Below are positions 54,709 through 64,000 of a stretch of 64,000 bases of DNA, in pieces. The notes under the pieces were generated by a model, which had not been told where the DNA came from, made no database searches, and worked only from the letters and a program-made list of their open reading frames with translations. Position numbers and translations under genes: made by a program. The DNA is from Terriglobia bacterium (GTDB taxonomy: Bacteria; Acidobacteriota; Terriglobia; 20CM-2-55-15): NCBI GenBank assembly GCA_965218585.1, contig CBDCLE010000004.1:64001-128000 (forward strand), read 5' to 3'. Each line of letters starts with the position of its first letter. Within the stretch, counting starts at the first letter, position 1.

Positions 54709-56070
54709 CTACTTCCCGATACAGAACGTCGAAAAAATTCTATCCAGTATATCGTCCGTTGCGACTTCACCGGTCAACTCGCCAATGGAAGACAATGCTG
54801 CGTAGAGATCCAACAGGACCATTTCGTGGGGGACCTCGGTCATCAAAGCTGTCGCCGCACTCTCGAGGTTGTCCGTGGCTGCCTTCAGAGCTTCCAGCTG
54901 CCGCTGGTTTGTAAGGACAAACCCTTCGGCGTCGGCGGGACGTTGTTCGTTAATATAACTTCCGATTTCTCGTTCAAGATCTTCCATTCCCGTGCCCGCA
55001 AGCGCGCTCACCCTCACTGCATTCCATCCATTGGATTCTTCCCACTCGGCGGGTAGATCCTGCTTGTTGATGACGACCAGGTGCGGTCGATCCTGAACCC
55101 TTTCGAGAATGGAACGGTCGTCCTCGTCCAGCTCCCGGGAACGATCCAGCACTACCAACGTCAGGTCGGCCTCTCCAAGTGCGGCCAGCGTTCGTGAGAC
55201 GCCCATTGCCTCCACGGTCTCTGTCGCGTCCCGGACCCCGGCGGTATCGGCAAATCGTACGGGCACTCCGCCAACGGAAACGGTTTCGGTCAGCACGTCG
55301 CGTGTTGTGCCAGCAACTTCTGTGACGATTGCGCGGTCATTGGAAACGAGCCGGTTAAACAAGCTCGACTTTCCAACGTTGGGTTTTCCGGCGATCGCGA
55401 GACACAGCCCACCGCCGAGGAGCCGCCCGTACTGAAACGTTTCGGTCAGTTTCCGAAGGCTCGCTGCAATCATCGAAATCCTCTTCGCGGCTTCGGTCGG
55501 TGCGGGTGGTTCGACTTCGTCTTCGGCGAAGTCGATGCCGGCCTCCAGCTCTGCAATTACCGCAACCAGTGTGTCCTTGTCCGGACCGACACGCTTTGAA
55601 AGTGCTCCGTCCATCTGCAACATGGCGGTGCGAGCCTGCGTTTCGGTCTGCGCTTCGATAAAGTCTCGGACAGCTTCAGCCCCGGCTAGATCCATCTTTC
55701 CGTGAGCGACAGCTCGTAAGGTGAATTCTCCCGGCCCCGCGCGCCGTGCACCCGAAGAAACCAGCTCAGAAGTGATCGTGTTCAGTATTAGCGGATTGCC
55801 GTGGGCACTGATTTCAGCGACGTCTTCGCCAGTGTATGAGTGCGGTCCTTTGAAGAACGTGACCACGACTCGGTCGAGTGTGTCTCCCTGGCTTGTGCGA
55901 AAGCTACCGTAGCGCGCGCGCCGGTCTTCAAAAGACTCTTTGCTCTGGAACGAGCGTTCGACGATTGTCTGAGCGTCCGAACCTGAAAGCCGGACAATAC
56001 CGATGCCGCTCCGTCCATGCGGCGTGGATATAGCTACGATCGTGTCGTCGGATGGATAGGTCGCCGGCAT
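54709..56070 (-). CDS. mnmE: tRNA modification GTPase TrmE
   Basis: DTIVAIST, GKPNVGKS, GTTRD and C-terminal FCIGK. Confidence 0.98.
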   Translation of the reverse strand: MPATYPSDDTIVAISTPHGRSGIGIVRLSGSDAQTIVERSFQSKESFEDRRARYGSFRTSQGDTLDRVVVTFFKGPHSYTGEDVAEISAHGNPLILNTITSELVSSGARRAGPGEFTLRAVAHGKMDLAGAEAVRDFIEAQTETQARTAMLQMDGALSKRVGPDKDTLVAVIAELEAGIDFAEDEVEPPAPTEAAKRISMIAASLRKLTETFQYGRLLGGGLCLAIAGKPNVGKSSLFNRLVSNDRAIVTEVAGTTRDVLTETVSVGGVPVRFADTAGVRDATETVEAMGVSRTLAALGEADLTLVVLDRSRELDEDDRSILERVQDRPHLVVINKQDLPAEWEESNGWNAVRVSALAGTGMEDLEREIGSYINEQRPADAEGFVLTNQRQLEALKAATDNLESAATALMTEVPHEMVLLDLYAALSSIGELTGEVATDDILDRIFSTFCIGK

Positions 56071-56134
56071 TTTCCCTAAAGTTGTAAAGATGAAAATCCT
56101 GCCGTACAGGCTCTCCTCAACAGATAACTTCTAG

Positions 56135-57907
56135 CTATTTTTTGCGTCCCTTCCGGCGTCTGCGTTTGGGCGCGGCGGGCTTCGCGTCCGGCGTTGGCTC
56201 GGGTGAGATCATCTCCTCGGGAGGCGATTCTTCTTCTTTCTCTTTCTCGTCCTGCTTGTTCTTCCCTACGTCGGACCGGTAACGCTTGTTGATGTAGTAC
56301 TGCTGTCCGATACCCAGCAGGTTCCCCGTCAGCCAATAGAGCATGAGTCCACTCGATTGGGTCGCGAACATCACGATGAGCACGAGTGGCATGAGTCGCA
56401 TCATCCGAACCATGTTCGGATCACCTGTCATCGGCGTCATGGTCTGCATTGCAAACATCGAACCACCCATCAGGACTGGCATAACGTAGTAGGGGTCAGC
56501 GGCAGACAAGTCATGGATCCACAGCGCCCAGGGCGCGCCGCGCAATTCGATCGAGGTTCGGAGCATGCTGAATACCGCGAACAGAAACGGCATCTGCAAG
56601 AGGATGGGCAGACACCCGCCCATGGGGTTGACGCCGTGTTTCTTGTAGAGGCCCATCATCTCCGCCTGCACTTCCTGCTTGCGCGGGTCACTGCCCTTGA
56701 GCTTCTTGAGCTTGTCCTGTAGCGTCCGCATCTGCGGCTGGATCTTGCTCATCTTCAACATCGACAACTGCTGTTTGAGGCGTAGCGGAAAAAGGATGAA
56801 GTTGATCCCGAGCGTCAGGATGATGATGGCCCACCCGAAGTTGCCCACGTATCCATGGATCCACAGAAGGATAAATAGCAGGGGGCGTACCATGATTTCG
56901 AAGAAACCGTAATTGACTGCTTCGACCAGATTAGGATCGACCTGCCGAAGAGCGTCCTGCTGTTTCGGCCCAACGTAAAGTTCGATGGCTTCGCCGTCGT
57001 AGGGAATCTGAACGCGAGGGGCAAGTACTGCGTCCTCGGCCGCCGGATCCACAACCACACCCGTTGCCGCGGGAAGAGCGCCGTTGGGCAGGCGGAACAT
57101 CGCCAGGAAAAACTGGTCTTCAAGGCCCACATAGGTTGTGGGCGTCACACCCTGCGGCTCATCCAGTCTGCTTACGTTGATCCGCTCGAACTCTCCGGCC
57201 TCGAAGTAAACGATGTTCGTCTCACGCGGTTGATAGTCTCTGGACTGGTCTCCGAATTCTCCCTGAAGCACGAAGGAAAACGGAACCGGTTCGCCATTCC
57301 GCGTGACGTCGGCGTCGACCACTACCGCATATGTTTCCGGGTCGAAAGTAAACTCCTTGACCACCTGAAGCCCACCCGAACCGTAGCGCAATCGCACGCC
57401 GTTGGCATCCTGTTCCGTCACGAAAAGCGCCGACTGGATAGCTTCGTCGAGTGCGGCATCGCCGGTAGCGATCGCTAGGGGCCATCCAACGCTTTCGCCA
57501 ACATCAGAATCAATGAGTTCGAGCGGTTCGCCCTCTTCCCCTGCATAATTCTTTAACCGAACGCTTTCCAGGCTCGCGCCCTGGTTGCTGATACGAACTT
57601 CGAACCGGGCTGTGTCGATCCGGATCGTCTCTACGTTCGCGGCTTCCAACTCCAGCACGACTTCTTCGGTATCCGCCGATTCAAGAACCGCTTCTTCTAC
57701 GTTCGCGGCTTCGTTTAAAGGCGGGGCCGTCGGTTCGCTCTCCACGGGAACGGACGGTGTTTCACTTTCCTCGGCAATCTCGCTTCCGGCATCAGGAATT
57801 ACTTCGGGGGAGGTGGGTGGTGGCGAGAACAACCAGAACCAGGCCGACAGCACAGCCAAAGAGAGGGCAAAGGAGAGAAGGATCCGTTTTTCCATTGATT
57901 CTTCCAC
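56135..57907 (-). CDS. yidC: Membrane protein insertase
   Basis: GNFGWAIIILT, NPMGGCLPILLQMP and GLMLYW motifs. Confidence 0.97.
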   Translation of the reverse strand: MEESMEKRILLSFALSLAVLSAWFWLFSPPPTSPEVIPDAGSEIAEESETPSVPVESEPTAPPLNEAANVEEAVLESADTEEVVLELEAANVETIRIDTARFEVRISNQGASLESVRLKNYAGEEGEPLELIDSDVGESVGWPLAIATGDAALDEAIQSALFVTEQDANGVRLRYGSGGLQVVKEFTFDPETYAVVVDADVTRNGEPVPFSFVLQGEFGDQSRDYQPRETNIVYFEAGEFERINVSRLDEPQGVTPTTYVGLEDQFFLAMFRLPNGALPAATGVVVDPAAEDAVLAPRVQIPYDGEAIELYVGPKQQDALRQVDPNLVEAVNYGFFEIMVRPLLFILLWIHGYVGNFGWAIIILTLGINFILFPLRLKQQLSMLKMSKIQPQMRTLQDKLKKLKGSDPRKQEVQAEMMGLYKKHGVNPMGGCLPILLQMPFLFAVFSMLRTSIELRGAPWALWIHDLSAADPYYVMPVLMGGSMFAMQTMTPMTGDPNMVRMMRLMPLVLIVMFATQSSGLMLYWLTGNLLGIGQQYYINKRYRSDVGKNKQDEKEKEEESPPEEMISPEPTPDAKPAAPKRRRRKGRKK

Positions 57908-57916
57908 GGTCCCTCC

Positions 57917-58153
57917 TCAGTCCAACAGATCCACACCCCCGCTGTGCAGCGGGTGGCATCTCGACAAACGCCGAAGTGTTTTCCAAGATCCCCGAATCAC
58001 GCCGTACTTTTCTACGGCCTGGCTTGCATACTCCGAGCATGTTGGCACAAACCGGCATGCGGGAGGCAGCCAGGGCGACAGGACTTTCTTATATCCCCAG
58101 ATCATTCCGAGCGCGATCGATGAAAAAAATGATGTGGTCTCGGTGTCTTTCAT
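57917..58153 (-). CDS. yidD: Membrane protein insertion efficiency factor
   Basis: CRFVPTCSEY and RCHP motifs. Confidence 0.95.
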   Translation of the reverse strand: MKDTETTSFFSSIALGMIWGYKKVLSPWLPPACRFVPTCSEYASQAVEKYGVIRGSWKTLRRLSRCHPLHSGGVDLLD

Positions 58154-58521
58154 GGCGTCGTCCGGAGCACAGACACTAGCTCCGTTCGAAGCGTCTCGAA
58201 GTCCCTCTCCAGGACCGATCGCCGCAGATTAAGAACAACATCAAAACCGGACGGAAATCCTCTTCGCTCCCGCCGAAGAATTTCTCGGATTCTGCGACGA
58301 ATTCGATTTCTTTCATGAGCTTTCCCGAGTTTGCGCGGGGTCGTCAACCCGAACCGGGTCACTTTCGTATCGTTGGGCAGGAAAAAAACGACGAACGAGC
58401 GGGATGTTTTCTTCTTTCCGCCGGCGTAAACAGCTTTGAATTCGCCCGCCTTCCGAAGCCGGGCTTCTTTCGGAAATCGGGCGTCGCCCTCCGTCGCCGG
58501 ATTGCGATCAGTAGTGCTCAA
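58150..58521 (-). CDS. rnpA: RNase P protein subunit
   Basis: RLRKAGEF and [14 protein letters not shown] (RNR motif). Confidence 0.95.
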   Translation of the reverse strand: MSTTDRNPATEGDARFPKEARLRKAGEFKAVYAGGKKKTSRSFVVFFLPNDTKVTRFGLTTPRKLGKAHERNRIRRRIREILRRERRGFPSGFDVVLNLRRSVLERDFETLRTELVSVLRTTP

Positions 58522-58654
58522 CTGAAAGTCGTTTTCGGCCCCTGGCCCGCCGACGTTTCAGTACCAAGCGTCCGGCCTTTGTACTCATGCGGTGCCGGAA
58601 GCCATGCTTCTTGGCGCGCCTTCGATTGTTCGGTTGAAAGGTTCTCAGTGGCAT
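58508..58654 (-). CDS. rpmH: 50S ribosomal protein L34 (48 aa, not in ORF track)
   Basis: [48 protein letters not shown]. Confidence 0.96.
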   Translation of the reverse strand: MPLRTFQPNNRRRAKKHGFRHRMSTKAGRLVLKRRRARGRKRLSVEHY

Positions 58655-58863
58655 TCTTATAGCTCTGTGTGTTTGGAAAACCATGAATTTACCATCTGGC
58701 TGGGCTGGGGGTCAAGCTACGTCTTTGATATAAAACCTTTTACTTGATCGGCGTGTCCCTTCCGGCGCGTAAATTTTTCGCGCTTTTCCTGATTGAAAAC
58801 GCCCGGCGAAAAGTGTTACGCTTCGCGCTCGCACGGCAGGAAAAGTAACCTGTAAACCCCCAG

Positions 58864-58896
58864 ATTTCCACAGGTTGTGGAAATCTCTGTGGAAAT
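58864..58896. promoter_or_regulatory. DnaA-box cluster upstream of dnaA
   Basis: ATTTCCACA and two TGTGGAAAT, each a 2-mismatch version of TTATCCACA. Confidence 0.65.
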
Positions 58897-58929
58897 CTAC
58901 CCCCTTTCCTTCGCTTTACGGACCGCAAA

Positions 58930-60234
58930 ATGGACACCTGGCAGCAAGTTCTCTCTGTTATCGAGAAAAAGGTCAACCGGCAAAGCTACAACACCTGGTT
59001 CAGGCCGACTCAGTTGGTGCGTCATGACGGAAGCGCACTCTACGTCCGTGTTCCGAATTCCTTCTTTCAGGATTGGCTCAACGATCACATCGATGTCGTC
59101 ATCGAGGCGGCCCAAAAGGCCGGCATTGGGGACATCAAGGTGGTCTATGTCGTCGAGGAAAAACCCGCCGTTACCCCGAAAGGAACGCTTCAGGGTCAGC
59201 TGGATTTCGACTCGGTCGCGAACACGCTCAACTCCAAATACACCTTCGACACGTTCGTTGTCGGCTCCTCGAACCAGTTCGCCCATGCCGCAGCTCTCGC
59301 TGTAGCCGAGCGACCATCAAAAGCCTACAACCCGCTTTTCCTGTACGGCGGCGTGGGCCTGGGCAAGACCCACCTGATGCATGCAATCGGTCAATCCATC
59401 AAGGGTGGAGACCAGTCGCTTCGCCTCGCCTATGTCTCGACCGAGAAGTTCACCAATGAGATGATCAACGCGATTCGTTATGACCGGCTTCCCGCTTTCC
59501 GCGAGCGCTACCGCGGTCATGATGTCCTCCTGATAGACGACATTCAGTTTATTGCCGGCAAAGAACGCACCCAGGAAGAGCTCTTTCACACCTTCAATGC
59601 GCTTTACGACAGGCAGAAACAGATTGTTATATCTGCGGACTGTCCGCCACGCGAGATTCCAACCCTCGAAGAGCGGCTGCGCTCCCGCTTCGAGTGGGGC
59701 CTGATCGCCGATATCCAACAACCGGATCTCGAAACCAAGATCGCGATTCTTCGTAAGAAAGCAGAGCGTCAAAAGATCATTCTTCCGGACAATGTCGCGA
59801 TTTATATCGCCAGCAAGGTCCGGTCGAATATTCGCGAACTCGAAGGCGCCCTTGTTCGCCTCATTGCGTATTGCTCGTTAACCGGGGCGGAAATCACGCT
59901 TCCAATGGCCCAGGAGACCCTCCGTGATCTCTTTAATCCCGGCGAGAAACCGATTTCGATCGAAATGATCCAGAAAGCTATTTCCGACCACTATGGGCTT
60001 CGCGTCCAGGAGTTGAAGTCCAAGAACAACTCCAGAGCGATTGCGCTGCCGCGGCAAATCTGCATGTACCTTTGCAAGCAACTCACCGGGGCATCCCTGC
60101 CCAAGATCGGGCGAGAGTTCGGGGGAAAACACCACACAACGGTCCTCCATTCCGTCTCGAAAATTGATCAACTCCGGCAGAAGGATAAGGAGATCGACAA
60201 ACTTCTCCGGACATTTACGGACTCGTTTAACTGA
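58930..60234 (+). CDS. dnaA: Chromosomal replication initiator
   Basis: YNPLFLYGGVGLGKTHL, LLIDDIQF, RLRSRFEWGL and HTTVLH motifs. Confidence 0.99.
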   Translation: MDTWQQVLSVIEKKVNRQSYNTWFRPTQLVRHDGSALYVRVPNSFFQDWLNDHIDVVIEAAQKAGIGDIKVVYVVEEKPAVTPKGTLQGQLDFDSVANTLNSKYTFDTFVVGSSNQFAHAAALAVAERPSKAYNPLFLYGGVGLGKTHLMHAIGQSIKGGDQSLRLAYVSTEKFTNEMINAIRYDRLPAFRERYRGHDVLLIDDIQFIAGKERTQEELFHTFNALYDRQKQIVISADCPPREIPTLEERLRSRFEWGLIADIQQPDLETKIAILRKKAERQKIILPDNVAIYIASKVRSNIRELEGALVRLIAYCSLTGAEITLPMAQETLRDLFNPGEKPISIEMIQKAISDHYGLRVQELKSKNNSRAIALPRQICMYLCKQLTGASLPKIGREFGGKHHTTVLHSVSKIDQLRQKDKEIDKLLRTFTDSFN

Positions 60235-60469
60235 TCCCCCGGGGTAGGGTTCGCGCGCCGAGACGGGGGCTCTTTCCTCAGGCTGGTGGGTCCTGATGTG
60301 GACAAGCTGTGAATAGGATTAATGAGGCGACATTTCCACAGATGTTACACCGATTGCGGCTTGCTATCTCCACACGTAAAGACGGCGTAAGGCGCACAAA
60401 ACATAACGATTTATGGATAGTATCCTCTGTATCCACAGGATATAGAGATAAAGATATATAACAACCAGT
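60235..60469. other. Probable oriC
   Basis: dnaA-dnaN spacer with DnaA boxes TGTGGACAA (60297), TGTGAATAG (60308), ATTTCCACA (60332) and GTATCCACA (60429), followed by an AT-rich GATA-repeat tract. Confidence 0.8.
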
Positions 60470-61582
60470 ATGGAATTTAAGATTAAGAAGTTCGATCTCT
60501 TGCACGAACTGACGCTGATTCAGGGTGTTGTCGAGCGCAAAACGACGATTCCTATTCTGGCGAATGTTCTACTTCACGTCGAAGAAAACAGGCTGGGGAT
60601 TATCGCAACAGACCTCGAAACAGGTTTGAAGTCGGCTTGCGAGGCCAAGGTAACCGCGAGCGGAACGATCACGCTGCCTGCGAAGCGACTGTATGAAATC
60701 GTCCGGGCCTTACCGGACAAAGAGATTCGTTTCAAACAGGGCGATGCCAACTGGGCAACCGTAACATGCGGGTCGAGTCGCTTTCGGATAGCCGGCCTAC
60801 CGCAGGAAGATTTCCCGAAGCTTCCCGATGCGGCCGGCAACGGAATCACGATTCCCGGTGAGACGATGTCACAGTTGATAACACGGACGATCTATGCGAT
60901 CAGCACGGAGGACTCGAAATATACGTTCAGCGGGGCACTTCTGGTCATGAAGCCTGGATCGTTGACGATGGTTGCAACCGACGGGCATCGGCTCTCTTAT
61001 GTCGAGAAACGCGGCGAGCTGGAGGATCTTTCCGAAGAGACGAAAATTCTGATTCCCAAGAAGGCGATGAGCGAATTACTCCGAATGCTCACAGAGAGTA
61101 ATGAGCAGGAAGACATCCGATTCTCTCGTGACGAGAATCACCTGTTTTTCGATTTGGGTCAGCGGTTGCTGACTTCCCGGGTGCTGAGCGGACAGTTTCC
61201 AAACTGGGAGGCCGTGCTGCCCCGAAGCAACGATCGTACATTTGCGATCGGGCGGGACGAGGTCGCCGCAGCCATCCGACGCATCGCAATCCTTGCTGAT
61301 GAGCGATCTAAGACCGTTCGCTTTGGCCTGAGCAAGGGTTCGCTGGAGTTAGCCTCCAGCCATTCCGACCTTGGAGAGGCAACCGAAACGATAGAAATCG
61401 AATATGACGGCGAGGAGTTTCAGATCGGATTTAATTACCAGTATCTGATCGATTTCCTGTCGACGATTCCCGAGACAGAGGTTTCTTTTGAATTCAAGGA
61501 TGGAGAGAGCGCGACCCAATTGAGGGCATTGCCGGGAGAGGACTACAACAGCCGTTATATCGTGATGCCTATGCGTATTTAG
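60470..61582 (+). CDS. dnaN: DNA polymerase III beta clamp
   Basis: TTIPILANVL, ATDLE, ATDGHRL and C-terminal VMPMRI. Confidence 0.98.
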   Translation: MEFKIKKFDLLHELTLIQGVVERKTTIPILANVLLHVEENRLGIIATDLETGLKSACEAKVTASGTITLPAKRLYEIVRALPDKEIRFKQGDANWATVTCGSSRFRIAGLPQEDFPKLPDAAGNGITIPGETMSQLITRTIYAISTEDSKYTFSGALLVMKPGSLTMVATDGHRLSYVEKRGELEDLSEETKILIPKKAMSELLRMLTESNEQEDIRFSRDENHLFFDLGQRLLTSRVLSGQFPNWEAVLPRSNDRTFAIGRDEVAAAIRRIAILADERSKTVRFGLSKGSLELASSHSDLGEATETIEIEYDGEEFQIGFNYQYLIDFLSTIPETEVSFEFKDGESATQLRALPGEDYNSRYIVMPMRI

Positions 61583-61912
61583 CCAACCAGACGAAAACCC
61601 GACATAAACAGCTCTATTATATTGACTTATGCCCGATCCGCCGACTTCCCACTTTTGGGCTGATCGGAATCTGCCCAAATACCCCCCGATTTCGTCTTCC
61701 TGCCGCCCCTTTCATAAGGCAAAAGCCGTTATTTTCTGGTAAAATAGCGGCTTGTTTAACCCCCCGGAGGCCGACCTGAGACACCATCTGAGCAGATCAA
61801 GGCGCCCGCGCCACCCAAGGCCCCATAAGCGCATACAAATAAATAGCTTACAGCGAATCCGGCCTCTTGCCTCGATTCGCTCCGCTTCTTGGCAGTGGCG
61901 AGGACCTGCTGA

Positions 61913-64000
<2,088 letters not shown>

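Overview
This is a GC-rich bacterial chromosome segment at the replication origin; gene order suggests Acidobacteriota (inference). The right third is the conserved origin cluster: gyrB, dnaN, oriC, dnaA, rpmH, rnpA, yidD, yidC, mnmE, mnmG, rsmG, parS, parAB, bactofilin and selD, followed by the atpF'FHAGDC half of a split ATP synthase operon. Between selD and atpF' is an 8,966-bp IS1-family transposon (39803-48768; 24-bp terminal inverted repeats (IRs), 8-bp target-site duplication (TSD) GGGAGGCA). Removing five nested IS elements (mini-IS21, IS256, IS5, IS701, IS110/IS1111) by their duplications gives a 2,854-bp core. The core carries an XRE-like HTH gene, a divergent pyrF, an atypical tRNA (Leu UAG anticodon on a Ser-like body), an RHH gene rich in CTA codons, and an intact 313-aa transposase. 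The IS110 sits inside the transposon's right IR, and its non-coding end contains guide-like segments matching that IR (bridge/seekRNA). Three genes have an in-frame TGA at Cys-type positions: selD (clear), an AhpD-like protein (CxxU) and, unusually, a Tat-exported thiamine-diphosphate enzyme next to a cytochrome c. The left part holds transporters, peptidases, signalling genes, a second IS110, more IS256 copies and several deletion-fused pseudogenes. All analysis was done by eye; no searches or folding programs were run.
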